Source: an uncultured Chloroflexia bacterium (lineage in GTDB: Bacteria; Chloroflexota; Dehalococcoidia; Dehalococcoidales; RBG-16-60-22). Taken from it: a DNA stretch of 64,000 nucleotides. Of the stretch, positions 8,320-19,231 are shown one piece after another. The notes beneath the pieces were generated by a model. It had not been told where the DNA came from, searched no databases, and saw only the letters and a program-made list of their open reading frames with translations. The stretch lies in NCBI GenBank assembly GCA_963796365.1, contig CAWCLJ010000004.1, forward strand, positions 1,354,519 to 1,418,518, read 5' to 3'. How positions within the stretch are numbered: position 1 is the stretch's first letter; every line of letters starts with the position of its first letter. Both the position numbers and the translations under genes were made by a program.

Positions 8320-10962
8320 CTAATTGCCTGTCTCTTTTATCGGCAGCGTGAAATAAAAAGTCGAGCCCTTGCCCAATACTGATTCCACCCATATTTTCCC
8401 GCCGTGCGCTTCCACCAGACGTTTACAGACCAGCAACCCCAACCCCAGCCCCGGTCTGGTTACCGATGTTTCCTGCAGCCGCTCAAAAGAGCTGAACAGT
8501 TTTGACTGGTCTTCGGCGGAAATGCCCTTTCCCTGGTCGCTGACGCTTAATAAAATATAACCGTTCCACCGCTCGCCGCATATCATAATTTCGGTGTTAT
8601 CGGGAGAATATTTTACGGCGTTATCCACCAGGTTCCTGACGATTCGTTCCAGCCTTACCCTGTCGACATCGATATACGGCAGTTTTGGATTGATTTTGAT
8701 TGATATCTTATGGCTTGCCTTGAATTTTTCACTCTGATTTACGATGTTTTCCACCGCTTGTTCAACATTCAGTATATTTTTTGAAAGCTGCAGCCGTTTG
8801 GCCTGGTATCTCGATAGTTCCAGCAGGTTGTCCAGGATATGGGCGAGGTCTTCGGAGCCTTCCTCCGCCGAGATTAATAGTGTTTTCAAATCTTCCTGGC
8901 TGATGCCTTCGCTCAAAGCTACTTTCACGGCGCCCATGATGATTGTCAGCGGCGTGCGCAGTTCGTGGGAGACCATCCCGATAAAATCGTCTTTTATTTG
9001 TTCCGCTTTCCGGCGTTCCGTAACGTCATGGTAGGTGACAATCAGGTATTTCAGGCTCCCATCCGGTTTTAAAAGCGGTTCAGCGCTTATCAGCATCCAG
9101 GTGATTTCTCCGCCGGAAGGCAGCCTCACCGCGACCAGTTTTTCTCTCACCGGTTTGCCGGTCATCACGGCTTTTCTCACCGGGTGTTCGTCCACGAGGA
9201 GCAGCGTTTTTCCATCCTCTTCATATACTTTCCACGCGCTCCAGTCCCGGCTGTTTACATTCAGGATACCGGTATCTTCAGCCAGGCCGAACAACTTCAG
9301 GAAAGCAGGATTGTAAGCGGCGATTTTACCGTTTTCATCTATCAGCGCTACCCCGGATTCCAGGTTTTGTAACAGGATGTTGAATCTTTCTTCACGCTCC
9401 AGCAGTGCCTCTTCCGCCTTCTTGCGCCCGGTGATGTCACGAGAAAGAACAGCAAAGCGGCCTTTTTGGGGCGAATAGACATAAACTTCAACCCAACTTC
9501 CGATAATTGAGCCGTATTTCTCAAAAAGAACCGGCTGACCATCGAGCGCAACTTTACCGAGTTCTTGAATCCAAGAGGGGTCAAGAGCGGGTGCAATTTC
9601 GCTGACTTTTTTGCCGATTATCTTTTCATGAGGCAAATTAACAGTCTCTTCGAAAACACTGTTTACTTCAAGAAATAAATAATCTGCCGGGCTTCCTTTG
9701 GCATCAAGTATAATCTCACAAAGGGCAAAACTATCTGTCATGCTATTAAAAAGACGACGGTATTTTTCCTCGCTTTCTTTTAAAGCCTCTTGTGCTTTCT
9801 TGCGCTCGGTAATGTCGCGGAACACCAGTACTACACCCTGTTTCCGCCCGCCGGCATCATGAATTGGCGCGCCGCTATCATCGATAGGCACCTGGGTTCC
9901 GTCTTTCCGCACCAGGACGGTGTGATTAGCCAGGCTGACAATCGTCCCTTCCCGGAGCACCCGGGTGACAGGGTTCTCATCTGGCTGCCGGGTATTTTCA
10001 TTTACAATATTGAACACCTCAGCTATCGGACGGTTGGAAGCTTTGCCTATCGTCCATCCGGTCAAATTTTCCGCGATGCGATTCATGAACGTAATCTTAC
10101 CGGCCTCATCAGTGGCGATAACCGCATCGCCGATGCTGTCCAGTGTCGTCAGCCATCTCTCCTCACTTGCTCTTAACGCTTCCTCCGCTTGCTTGCGCTC
10201 TTCAATCTCTTTTTCCAGGTCCGCTTTGAAAGCAGTCACATTTTTCAGGTCGGCTGTCATCCGGTTGAAGGCCCGTGATAAATTAGTGATTTCATCGTTC
10301 CCTTTTTCTTCGATCTTGTAATCCAAGTTGCCGGACCCGATGGCGGCGGCGCCGGCGGTTAGATTGGAAAGCGATGAAGTGATGCCCCGCCTCGTTCTGA
10401 CCAGCACAAAAGTGAGCGGGATAACGGCCAGCGCCAAAGCCAAAAAGCTGATAACGATAGTCCTGGTTTCGATGGTTTTAATGCCGTTATCTACCAAACT
10501 GCGCAATGCCGCGGCATTGGTATCTGCTTCGTAAGACGTTTGCAGGAGCAGACCCACCAGCCGGTCTTCCGTCGACTGGAATTCCGGCGTGCCGGCGGCA
10601 CCGGCACTCTCATAGTAGGAAACCAGTTGAAGAAAGTAGTTGTTCATGGTCACGCTGTCGTCCCGGACATTGTTAAGAAGTTGCTGCTGGTCCGGGTTAT
10701 TGACCTGCGCCCCGGCAAGCTGCTGCGTAAGTACGTTATACTCCGCCAGGAACTGCTGCTTCGGTCGTTCCTCGTGGTAGAGAATATAGGAAAAGACAAA
10801 GTTGTTCAGGTCCGTAATGCTGCTCCGTATTTGCCTGACGGTATCTCCCGTGTTCTGTATTCCTGCCATTTCACGAGAAGAAAATAACAGCGCGCCAACG
10901 ACGATAAGCGCCATGACGGCAGAGACATACACGGCCAGCAGTAATCTTGTACTGATTTTCAT
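8320..10962 (-). CDS. Sensor histidine kinase (TM - HAMP - multiple PAS - HisKA - HATPase)
   Basis: 880 aa. H-box SHELRTPL, N-box DNAVKYS, G-box GLGLGL, and repeated PAS-like [13 protein letters not shown] boundaries. No adjacent response regulator. Confidence 0.9.
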   Translation of the reverse strand: MKISTRLLLAVYVSAVMALIVVGALLFSSREMAGIQNTGDTVRQIRSSITDLNNFVFSYILYHEERPKQQFLAEYNVLTQQLAGAQVNNPDQQQLLNNVRDDSVTMNNYFLQLVSYYESAGAAGTPEFQSTEDRLVGLLLQTSYEADTNAAALRSLVDNGIKTIETRTIVISFLALALAVIPLTFVLVRTRRGITSSLSNLTAGAAAIGSGNLDYKIEEKGNDEITNLSRAFNRMTADLKNVTAFKADLEKEIEERKQAEEALRASEERWLTTLDSIGDAVIATDEAGKITFMNRIAENLTGWTIGKASNRPIAEVFNIVNENTRQPDENPVTRVLREGTIVSLANHTVLVRKDGTQVPIDDSGAPIHDAGGRKQGVVLVFRDITERKKAQEALKESEEKYRRLFNSMTDSFALCEIILDAKGSPADYLFLEVNSVFEETVNLPHEKIIGKKVSEIAPALDPSWIQELGKVALDGQPVLFEKYGSIIGSWVEVYVYSPQKGRFAVLSRDITGRKKAEEALLEREERFNILLQNLESGVALIDENGKIAAYNPAFLKLFGLAEDTGILNVNSRDWSAWKVYEEDGKTLLLVDEHPVRKAVMTGKPVREKLVAVRLPSGGEITWMLISAEPLLKPDGSLKYLIVTYHDVTERRKAEQIKDDFIGMVSHELRTPLTIIMGAVKVALSEGISQEDLKTLLISAEEGSEDLAHILDNLLELSRYQAKRLQLSKNILNVEQAVENIVNQSEKFKASHKISIKINPKLPYIDVDRVRLERIVRNLVDNAVKYSPDNTEIMICGERWNGYILLSVSDQGKGISAEDQSKLFSSFERLQETSVTRPGLGLGLLVCKRLVEAHGGKIWVESVLGKGSTFYFTLPIKETGN

Positions 10963-10971
10963 GTATTACCC

Positions 10972-12042
10972 CTATTTACCCGCAATTGTGGCATCGGGCT
11001 TGATTAATTTCAAGGCATCCGCATTGATATAGTCCAGGGAATCGGGTACATTTTTCCCGGCGGTCATATTGTTGCTTATCATCCAGCGCGCCTCGTCTTC
11101 CATGTCCAGTATCAACGGCTGATCAAGTGAAAGCGAAAATTTGTATTGAGGCCAGACGGCGTCCAGATAGGCTTCATCGAAATTTAACTGCTTTTCAATA
11201 ATTTTCCTGGCTTCAGCAGGGTGGTTAACGAGAAATTCTTCCGCCTGTGACAAAGACTTAAGCAATTTGACAACTATTACCGGTTGATTTTTAAGCCACT
11301 CATTCGTGGAAACTGCCAGCGCATATAGAGGCTGTCCGCTTTGCGCCGACTCGAAAAAGGCATTCGCCCCCAGCTGGTCCCTGACGGAACTGGCGTAAGG
11401 TTGCCCGATCACTACCGCGTCAACATCTCCATTTATAATGGCAGCTACCGAACCTGCCGGCGTCTTAACGTTAACAAGTGTAACATCCTTGATATTCATG
11501 CCATTCAATTCCAGTAGCCGGCCGATACAGAAGTCCGTTATGGCCCCGAAAATACTCCCGACTTTCTTGCCTTTAATGTCGGAAAGCTGTTTAATTCCAT
11601 GGTCTTTCCGCCCGATAAGATAAATGGTGTCACTCTGTGCCACCGAAGCAAACGTGCTGATATCGGCTTTTTGCAGCGCCCGGGATGCCAGCGGGAATTC
11701 GGTTATGTTCCCCACTATATCGCAATCGCCTTTAAACATCGCATTTACCTCTGTCACCAAAGAATCATACTTGACGAAGGTTACTTCAAGACCGTTCCGG
11801 TTGAAAAAGCCCTAGTCTTGAGCAATCCAGTAAAAAGCCGTTTCCAGGTAAGGCGAATATCCCACGGTAATCGAATCTACCGGGCCGGAATAGCTGCGGG
11901 AGCACGATGGAGAAATAAAAGCCGCTGCGAGGGTAGTGAAAATAATCAGGAGAACTAATAACAGAATAAATGGTATTTTCCCCAGCCGTTTAAGGTTGAA
12001 CTGGCGTGTTTGATTTTGCGGTTGGGAAGTTTTTTTTTCCAT
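10972..12042 (-). pseudogene. NMT1/THI5-like (NitT/TauT-type) ABC substrate-binding protein interrupted by an in-frame TAG
   Basis: ORFs 11812-12042 (signal/TM N-terminus) and 10972-11760 are in the same frame. Read-through gives ...YWIAQD*GFFNRNGLEVTFVKYDSLVTEV.... The stop is at 11812-11814. Confidence 0.7.
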
Positions 12043-12254
12043 GCAAACGGGTGTTTTTTCGCAATTATTTTCAGGATAAAGATTCCTGAACTTCGCTATT
12101 ATATCTTATTTTATCTGCTTGAAACAGGTATAATTAAGCTTAACCACTGTAAAAATATTACACTTTTATAACATTTTGCTAAATGGCAAATACCTTTTGC
12201 ATATTTATTCTACGCTCACCCACCGCTCATCCTGAGCTTGTCGAAGGATCAATT

Positions 12255-12298
12255 GTGACAAATACGCCTTGACATAATCAGAACAATTGTACTATTAT
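12255..12298 (+). promoter_or_regulatory. Promoter-like module TGTGACAAA-N5-TTGACA-18-TATTAT, no downstream ORF
   Basis: TTGACA 12269-12274, TATTAT 12293-12298. Homologous to the modules at 7421-7464 and 61673-61718. Confidence 0.4.
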
Positions 12299-12447
12299 TA
12301 CCTTGCACTATCACTAATGCTTATAAGTCTCTCCCTTTGTAAAAGAGCCTGCCCCGTACTGCGATACGGGGGAGATTAGGAGGGATTTTGCTCCCTTTTC
12401 GATGAACGATACAGCACTTTAACAACTGAAGAATGCGGAGCATGGTG

Positions 12448-12501
12448 GGTAGAACAGGCGTCCCCGCCTGTTCAGGCAGGCAAGATGCCTGCCCTACCGG
12501 G
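12448..12501 (+). repeat. Repeat family E
   Basis: ggtagaacaggcgtccccgcctgttcaggcaggcaagatgcctgccctaccggg; compare 8219-8272. Confidence 0.65.
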
Positions 12502-12697
12502 AAAACCAATCGCTAATTGCTAATGGCTAACGGCTATCAAATCGAATGAACGAAAAACTGGGAAAATGAAGCTATTTACCACAAAACGAAAAACGGATAT
12601 TTAGCTTCAACCACGCTCGAAAAAGATTCGTTAAAAAAGATTACTTAAAAATCGAAGATTTTACAAAATAAATCGTATCTGAAATCCCATCCCCGCC

Positions 12698-12761
12698 CTG
12701 ATATCCTTCGCTTCCGCCTACGCCAAGGCTTCGGCGGACAAGACGCTCCAGGATGACAAAC
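12698..12761 (+). repeat. Repeat family D, long copy (64 bp)
   Basis: ctgatatccttcgcttcc...gctccaggatgacaaac. Termini are identical to those of 12918-12981. Confidence 0.7.
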
Positions 12762-12917
12762 CACCGGCAGGGACGCGGGTGCTACCGGGGTTACTTGGTG
12801 GGTAAAATAAAGGGAAAAGGGGATTTACCCACATCACTAACAGCAATGGGCCAGCTGGGTTGGGTATTTGTCATTGGTACTTATTTGACATGGAACTTAT
12901 TGGTGGATTCCCCCACC

Positions 12918-12981
12918 CCGATATCCTTCGCTTCCCGATTCACTTCGTTCATGCGGGACGGGTCGCTCCAGGATGACAAAC
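12918..12981 (+). repeat. Repeat family D, long copy (64 bp)
   Basis: ccgatatccttcgcttcc...gctccaggatgacaaac. Confidence 0.7.
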
Positions 12982-12983
12982 AT

Positions 12984-13844
12984 TCAACCCTGCTCCCTGT
13001 TCCCTATATTAGCCAGCTCCATCATCATGGCCATGCAGGCTTCTTCCCCCAGGCGGGCGGGCAGCTTGATGTCATTAATCGTCTTCACCCCTCTGGCGAT
13101 GTCTATCAGGTCCTCGTTCCTCAAGATGTGGTAGCTCGGCATGTTGGCGGCTTTGGCGTACTTTTCCCGCACGTCGTAAAGCTCTTTGAAAAGCTTTCTG
13201 GCCTCCGCCGGCAGCGCGTGATAGCCCTTCGTCCGCTTGTAGCGCTCTCTCGGGTCGAGCAGGTAGTCCTTGTTCTGCACCTGCAGGTTCTTGAGGATAA
13301 AGATTTCCATCAGGTTCCCATCGCAAAGCTTCTTCAGCAGGACGTCCTTCAGCTTGAAGAGGTAGGACACATCGTTCACGGCGTACTCCAGCGCCTCCCG
13401 GTCGAAAGGCCGGCGCGTCCAGTTATGCCGCTGGAACTTTATCTTGTGGTTGAGCGTTACGCCCAGCTCCTGCGCGATGACGGAATGCAGGTCCTGTTTC
13501 TCATATTTGAGCAGCTCGACGGCCGGGCGCAGGTCCAGCAGCGATTTCATCTCGATGTCGTAGACGTTCTTCAGCAGGGAAGAATCGCTCCCCGCGTCGT
13601 AAACGATTTTCAGGATGTTCCGGTCCTCGAAAAAGCTCTTCAGGATAGCCGTATCGATTTCGAACGGGTCGATGAGGACTTTGTTGATGCCGTCGTAAAT
13701 CTGCACCAGGCAGAGCCGCTGCCCGTAATGATGGAGGTTTAGCTCCGCCTCGATATCCAGCGCGACCACGCAGTTCTTTATCAGGCTAAAGCTTTCAAAG
13801 TACGGGATGAGTTCTTTTCTTCTGGTTATCAATTGGTATTCCAT
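12984..13844 (-). CDS. RNase D-like 3'-5' exonuclease (DEDDy) with HRDC-like C-terminus
   Basis: 286 aa. Exo motifs VALDIEAE, YDAGSDSSLL and EYAVNDVSYL. Confidence 0.8.
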   Translation of the reverse strand: MEYQLITRRKELIPYFESFSLIKNCVVALDIEAELNLHHYGQRLCLVQIYDGINKVLIDPFEIDTAILKSFFEDRNILKIVYDAGSDSSLLKNVYDIEMKSLLDLRPAVELLKYEKQDLHSVIAQELGVTLNHKIKFQRHNWTRRPFDREALEYAVNDVSYLFKLKDVLLKKLCDGNLMEIFILKNLQVQNKDYLLDPRERYKRTKGYHALPAEARKLFKELYDVREKYAKAANMPSYHILRNEDLIDIARGVKTINDIKLPARLGEEACMAMMMELANIGNREQG

Positions 13845-13847
13845 GTT

Positions 13848-14954
13848 TTATCTCTTCGGTTTTGCTTCGATAACGATATCTTCCCCGCTCCGGTAGACCT
13901 TTTCAAAAATGAACGGGATAGCTTTATTGATATCGGTTATATTCAAATCGCGCACCGTGTCCCGGCCCCGGCCGAGGATTTTAGGCGCGATAATCGCGAC
14001 GATTTTATCCGCCAGCCCGAGCTTTAAGAACCCGGTATAGACTTCTCCGCCGCCTTCCACCAGCAATGAGGATATTTCCATGGCGCCCAAGGTTTTCAGC
14101 AGCTCTTTCAGGCCGACTTTGCCTTCTTTGTCCGCCGGGATTACGAGAATTTCTATCCCCTTTTCTTTGATTTTTTTGGCTTTCTCTTCCGGGGCAGCGG
14201 AGGTGGTGGCGATAAAGGTACGGGCGTTTTCCTGTCCGGCCAGCACCCTGGCTTCCAGCGGGATTCTAAGTTTGGAATCAAGGATGATACGGGTGGGGCT
14301 TCTGCCCTTCACCAGCCGCAGCGTCAGTTCCGGGTCATCGAGGAGGACATTGTTGATGCCGGCCAGGATGGCATCGTTTTCGGCGCGGAGTTTATGGGCG
14401 ATTTTCAACGTTTCCTGCGATGCGACCACCCATCTCGAGGAGCCGTTAGCGGCAGCGATACGGCCGTCCAACGTTTCCGCGAACTTAAGCGTGACGTACG
14501 GCAGGCCGGTGGTGCGGTGCTTGATGTACTTCTCGTTCAGCGCCTTGCATCCGTCCTCCAGCACGCCTACTTCCGTCAAGATGCCTTGCTCATTCAGGAG
14601 TTTGATACTGCCGCCGCGCATTTTCTCATCCGGGTCCAACATTCCGACGACCACTTTCCGGATTTTGTGCCCGATAATGGCATCGGTGCAGGGCGTCGTC
14701 TTGCCGAAGTGCCGGCAGGGCTCTAAAGTGACGTAAAGCGTGGCGCCGGTCACGTCTTCTTGAGCGTGTTTGAAAGCGTCAACCTCGGCGTGGTCCTTGC
14801 CGAAGGCGTGATGATATCCTCCGGCGATAATGCGCCCGTCTTTTACGATTACCGCGCCGACCATCGGGTTGGGGGACACTTTGCCGAGGCCTTTTTTAGC
14901 CAGCCGCAGGGCTTCCCGCATGAACCGTTCATCCCTGGTATTTTTTATGTCCAC
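13848..14954 (-). CDS. ribD: Bifunctional riboflavin biosynthesis deaminase/reductase
   Basis: 368 aa. Deaminase zinc motifs HAEVDA and PCRHFGKTTPC, with a C-terminal RibD reductase domain. Confidence 0.92.
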   Translation of the reverse strand: MDIKNTRDERFMREALRLAKKGLGKVSPNPMVGAVIVKDGRIIAGGYHHAFGKDHAEVDAFKHAQEDVTGATLYVTLEPCRHFGKTTPCTDAIIGHKIRKVVVGMLDPDEKMRGGSIKLLNEQGILTEVGVLEDGCKALNEKYIKHRTTGLPYVTLKFAETLDGRIAAANGSSRWVVASQETLKIAHKLRAENDAILAGINNVLLDDPELTLRLVKGRSPTRIILDSKLRIPLEARVLAGQENARTFIATTSAAPEEKAKKIKEKGIEILVIPADKEGKVGLKELLKTLGAMEISSLLVEGGGEVYTGFLKLGLADKIVAIIAPKILGRGRDTVRDLNITDINKAIPFIFEKVYRSGEDIVIEAKPKR

Positions 14955-15128
14955 TTTGTTTGATTATAGATTAAAGCGGAGAAATTGACAAAGGATAGGG
15001 AATAGGGAGTAGGGAATAGGGGGTAGTGAATAGTGAATAGTAAGTGGAAAGAAGGATACGGATTCTTCGTTGCGCTCAGAATGACATGAGGGTTTTGAGA
15101 TTTGAGTTCTTCCGGCTATAATTACCCT

Positions 15129-16322
15129 ATGGATACCGATGTTTATTATCATAAACTGGTTACTTACCGGGCGTTGAAGCACGAGCTAAAATTCAAGACC
15201 TCGCAGGAGCTTTTCAGCGCTTATGATATCGACGCGGGCACGAAATTCCTGCTGCGTACTATCGTGGAAGCCGGTTATCCATCTCCCAAACATATCCTCG
15301 ATTTGGGGTGCGGGTACGGGCCGCTGGGACTGACGCTGAAGAGCCTCTACCCGGAAAGCCCCGTACACCTGACGGACCGGGACGCTTTGGCGGTCGATTA
15401 TGCGCGCCAGAACGCCTCCCTTAACAACCTCGAAGCTGAAATCTACGGTTCCCTCGGCTATGATGAAATAAAGCATCACGACTTCGACCTGATAGTCTCT
15501 AACATTCCCGGCAAGGCGGGTGAGCAGGTCATTGCCTATCTGCTGCAGGAAGCGCGGTTTTATTTAAAGCCCGGCGGAATTACCGCTATCGTCGTGGTAT
15601 CACCGCTGGAAAATCCGGTGACTAAAATCCTGGTTGATATTCCGGATGCAGAAATAGTATTGAAGAGTGAGCGTACCGGACATACCGTTTTTCACTATCG
15701 CTTTAGCAAAAGCCTACCCCGGCCTGAAAATCCGGGATGGGAACGGGAAGTCTATCGACGCAAAGATATCACGATAAAGTTCGATAGCCTCGAATATGAT
15801 ATGCAGACGGCTTACGGCCTGCCGGAATTCGATTCTTTAAGTTACGAAACACAATTGTTGTTCAAGACTATAAAGGGATATAAAAATAAAGAAATAAACC
15901 ATGCGCTGGTTCTTAACCCCGGTCAGGGGCATGTCCCGGTAGCGGTATGGCAGTATCTTAACCCCGAAACCATCTCCCTGGTCGACAGGGATTTACTGGC
16001 CTTGAGGTATTCAAATCTAAACCTGGTTGAGAACGGGTGTCCAAGCGAAAGCCTGAAGCTTTACCACAGCGCCAGGCTGGAGATTAATGAAAAGAAATTC
16101 GACCTGATAACCGGGGTATTGAGGGATGAAGGCAATGGGGCCGCGCAATCGTTCATAGACAGGGCGGCAGAGCTAATGTCCAATAAAGGTATGATGATAA
16201 TTTCCAGCGGTTCAACGGCTATTACACGCATCATATCTTATATGGAAGCAAAGAAAAGTTTTAACCTTAAGATGCGGGAGCGGTGGCGGGGTTATAGCTC
16301 ACTGGCGCTGGAAAAAACTTGA
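15129..16322 (+). CDS. Two-domain class I SAM-dependent methyltransferase (RsmC/RlmG-like layout)
   Basis: SAM motif LDLGCGYGPLG and a catalytic-loop-like VSNIPGK. The ATG at 15129 is preferred over the track's alternative start at 15102. Confidence 0.7.
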   Translation: MDTDVYYHKLVTYRALKHELKFKTSQELFSAYDIDAGTKFLLRTIVEAGYPSPKHILDLGCGYGPLGLTLKSLYPESPVHLTDRDALAVDYARQNASLNNLEAEIYGSLGYDEIKHHDFDLIVSNIPGKAGEQVIAYLLQEARFYLKPGGITAIVVVSPLENPVTKILVDIPDAEIVLKSERTGHTVFHYRFSKSLPRPENPGWEREVYRRKDITIKFDSLEYDMQTAYGLPEFDSLSYETQLLFKTIKGYKNKEINHALVLNPGQGHVPVAVWQYLNPETISLVDRDLLALRYSNLNLVENGCPSESLKLYHSARLEINEKKFDLITGVLRDEGNGAAQSFIDRAAELMSNKGMMIISSGSTAITRIISYMEAKKSFNLKMRERWRGYSSLALEKT

Positions 16323-16384
16323 CACCGTCCATGAAAAGCGATAATTCTTATTACAGTAACTGTTCAATTCTTCGGAGGTAACAA

Positions 16385-16990
16385 ATGAAAGTCCTTATTT
16401 TATCCGGAAGCCGTAACCGCGAAGGGCAGACCGCCCGCTGTATCAAAGCTATACAAAAAGGCGTGGCTGCCGGCAAAGGGGAATCGGAAGCAATCTTTCT
16501 CGTGGAAAAGAATATCGAACGCTGCCGCATGTGCGATCCCGACGGCTGGGGCCAGTGCCGCCGGACCAGCGTATGCATTATCAAGGACGATTGCCCGGAG
16601 ATTATCGAGAAAGTAAAAGAGGCGGACGTAGTCGTCTTTGCTAACCCGGTCTATTTCAGCGACCTTTCGGAAAGTATGCGCTCCTTCCTCGACCGCTTCC
16701 GCCGGACGCTTTTCAAGCCCGGTAAAGCCCCGCCGCCCGGTTTCGGGATGTCCGGGGGAACGCCGGCCATCGGGATATGTTTCGCCGGAGGCAGCGGCAA
16801 CGGCACGGCCAGCTGCTCTTTTAACCTGGAACGCATTTTGCAGACATGCGGTCTCGATGTCGTGGATATGATAAACGTCCGCCGCCAGAATATCGATGTG
16901 AAAATTCCGATGCTGGAAATGGTAGGGAAATGGCTAACGACTAAACCGACGTCCGGCCCTTGGCCGCCGCCGCAGGATAGGAAAAAATAA
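16385..16990 (+). CDS. Flavodoxin-fold NAD(P)H-dependent FMN reductase / iron-sulfur flavoprotein-like
   Basis: MKVLILSGSRN..., a Cys cluster CRMC-x8-C-x6-C, and ANPVYFSDLS. Confidence 0.65.
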   Translation: MKVLILSGSRNREGQTARCIKAIQKGVAAGKGESEAIFLVEKNIERCRMCDPDGWGQCRRTSVCIIKDDCPEIIEKVKEADVVVFANPVYFSDLSESMRSFLDRFRRTLFKPGKAPPPGFGMSGGTPAIGICFAGGSGNGTASCSFNLERILQTCGLDVVDMINVRRQNIDVKIPMLEMVGKWLTTKPTSGPWPPPQDRKK

Positions 16991-17115
16991 ATCCGAAGCA
17001 CTAAGCACGAAATCCAAAACAAGCACAAATGAATAAAACTCAAATGTCTTAAATATATTGGTATTGGTGCTTTGGATTTTTTTTCGTGCTTCGATATTAG
17101 AATTTAGTGCTTAAC
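16990..17115. repeat. Imperfect long palindrome built from short word stutters (gaagcactaagcacgaaatccaaaacaagcac / gtgctttggatttt..ttcgtgcttcg)
   Basis: The inverted arms are visible by eye. The element lies between convergent gene ends. Confidence 0.5.
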
Positions 17116-17211
17116 TTTAGTTCTCCTTCATCTATCCTCTCCCTTGTAAGGGTGAGGAAACGGGCAGGGGTGGAGAGGACTAAAAGCCGAAAGCTGAATG
17201 CAAACAGCCCG

Positions 17212-18108
17212 TTAAAGCACTCCTCTTAAGCGCGGGTCGAGGGCGTCTCTCAAACCGTCCCCGATCATATTGAACGCAAAGACGACAAACATAATCGCGA
17301 TACCGGGAGCAAAAGACAATATCGGGTGGTCAAGCAGGTACCCGTAACCGCTATTAACCATCGCACCCCAGTCCGCTCCCGGCGGTTTGATGCCGATACC
17401 CAGGAAACTTAAAGCAGCTCCGGCCATGATGATACCGCCAAGTTGAAGAGTCACCAGAACAATCATGGGCGGGAGAGAATTCGGCAGGATGTGACCCAGC
17501 ATGAGACGCAAATTACTGGTGCCCATAGAGCGGCCGGCCAGGATATAGTCGTTTTGCTTGGTGGTCAGGACCAGCCCGTTCATGACACGGGCGTTTCCGG
17601 GTATCGAAGCAATAGTAAGAGCGATAATGACATTTTGAAGACCGGCGCCGAGGACAGCAGCCAGGAGCGAAGCAAGTATCAACATCGGGAAAGACATCAA
17701 GGCATCCATGACCCTTAAAATAAATACACCGACCGGACCTTCAAAATAACCGGCAATCATACCGAGGGCAAAACCGAGTACCGCTGAAATGATAACCGTA
17801 ATAAATCCTTCTTCAAAAACCGTTCTGGCGCCGAAGATAATACGGCTTAAAGTATCCCGACCCTCGATATCCGTGCCCAATAAATGCTTGGCGTTGGGCT
17901 GTTGTAAAGAATCAGCCATAATTCCCACATACGGATTAAAAGGGGCAATTACATTAGCGAAAACGGCCGAAATTGTCAACAAAGCAAAAACCACCAGGCC
18001 GAAGATGACTATGCGGCGTCTTAGAAATACTCTCCAGAAACGCCGCCATTCACTGACTCGCCGCGGAGCTTCAGAGAATTCTTTTTCGGTTATAACATTT
18101 TCCGCCAT
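17212..18108 (-). CDS. Peptide/nickel ABC transporter permease (DppC/OppC-like)
   Basis: 298 aa. BPD-transporter EAA-like region and a C-terminal DALDPRLRG. Confidence 0.88.
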   Translation of the reverse strand: MAENVITEKEFSEAPRRVSEWRRFWRVFLRRRIVIFGLVVFALLTISAVFANVIAPFNPYVGIMADSLQQPNAKHLLGTDIEGRDTLSRIIFGARTVFEEGFITVIISAVLGFALGMIAGYFEGPVGVFILRVMDALMSFPMLILASLLAAVLGAGLQNVIIALTIASIPGNARVMNGLVLTTKQNDYILAGRSMGTSNLRLMLGHILPNSLPPMIVLVTLQLGGIIMAGAALSFLGIGIKPPGADWGAMVNSGYGYLLDHPILSFAPGIAIMFVVFAFNMIGDGLRDALDPRLRGVL

Positions 18109-18121
18109 GGCCAGATGTCTC

Positions 18122-19081
18122 CTAACTGTACCGTATCCTGGGGTCTAACCAGACGTAAGAAATTTCAACCAGCAGGTTCGATAACACGATAATCGTGGCA
18201 ATTACCAGCGTGCCGGACTGAATAACCGGATAGTCCTGGGCATAAAGGGCGGTAACCAGCAACCGTCCGATACCGGGAATAGCAAAGATAGTTTCGACGA
18301 TGACCGAGCCGGCAAAGACGCCGCCGATACCCATGCCCAGCACAGTGACGATGGGTATAAGTCCGTTTTTCAAGGCATGCCGCCAGATGACGACGCGTTC
18401 CCGCAGACCCTTTGACCAGGCGGTGCGGATATAGTCCTGCCGGGTGACTTCAAGCATGGCCGAACGCGTCAGACGCGCAGTAGTGGAAAGGCCGCCGATG
18501 GCCATACAGAAAACCGGCATGATTATCTGCCTGGTGTTTAGCCAGAAATCCTCAAATGGTGAAGTGTAGCCGTGAATGGGCAGCCAGTGAAGTTTGAGGC
18601 CGAAAAGATAGATTAGTATTATCGCCAGCCAGAAGACAGGAATACATACGCCGATATTGGCCAGGAAAGTTGAAGCGGTATCTATCCAGGTACCGCGCCT
18701 GATGGCGGCCGCCAGGCCCATGACAACACCTAAAACAATCGTAAGAATCAACGCCAGAATGCCTAAATGCAAAGTTATCGGGAAACGCTGTTCCATGAGC
18801 TTGGCTACGCTGTCATGATAGTTTATCGACTCGCCCAGGTTGCCTTTGAAAAGGCCGCCGGCCCAATCGAAGTATTGCACGATAATGGGTTTGTCCAGAC
18901 CGAATTTGACACGGAGGGCCTGCATGCCTTCTTCAGTGATTTGCTGGCTCTGGGCTTGCTTACCCATGTAAATAATCAGCGGGTCGCCGGGAAGCAAGCG
19001 CATGGCGAAAAAAACGACCAGTGTAATAATGAAGAGCGTTATTAGTGACAGAAATAAGCGGCGTATGATGTAGGTTGTCAT
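18122..19081 (-). CDS. Peptide/nickel ABC transporter permease (DppB/OppB-like)
   Basis: 319 aa. N-terminal MTTYIIRRL...LPGDP and C-terminal LDPRIRYS. Confidence 0.88.
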   Translation of the reverse strand: MTTYIIRRLFLSLITLFIITLVVFFAMRLLPGDPLIIYMGKQAQSQQITEEGMQALRVKFGLDKPIIVQYFDWAGGLFKGNLGESINYHDSVAKLMEQRFPITLHLGILALILTIVLGVVMGLAAAIRRGTWIDTASTFLANIGVCIPVFWLAIILIYLFGLKLHWLPIHGYTSPFEDFWLNTRQIIMPVFCMAIGGLSTTARLTRSAMLEVTRQDYIRTAWSKGLRERVVIWRHALKNGLIPIVTVLGMGIGGVFAGSVIVETIFAIPGIGRLLVTALYAQDYPVIQSGTLVIATIIVLSNLLVEISYVWLDPRIRYS

Positions 19082-19231
19082 TTTTAAAAAGACCCTCTTT
19101 GCGGTTCTTTCCGGACCGGCCGGGACCTTAACATGACCCAGAGCTAATATTACAAGGTCTATCTGATTTTGTTAGCCGGGCGGCCCGGCCGTGTTTGATT
19201 ACGGGCCACCCGGCAAATGATATCACTTTAT

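Noticed and set aside
11812-11814. The in-frame TAG (and the second one near 33005) as evidence for pyrrolysine or amber reassignment.
   Set aside because: TAG is used as the ordinary terminator of the adjacent histidine kinase (8320-8322), of this same SBP gene (10972-10974) and of the ABC exporter gene (41251-41253). No pyl genes are seen. A point mutation is the simpler explanation.
12753-13742. A 329-aa plus-strand ORF, one of the longest in this region.
   Set aside because: It is antisense to the RNase D-like gene, which has clear DEDDy exonuclease motifs. Its product is low-complexity (Q/L/V/H/R-rich) with no motif, and its 5' part runs through family D repeats. It is a shadow ORF.
14955-15100. 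An FMN riboswitch upstream of ribD.
   Set aside because: The region consists of a tag(g/t)gaa word stutter and a tgtcattctgagcgcaacgaagaatc-type repeat. None of the conserved FMN-element segments I remember is present.
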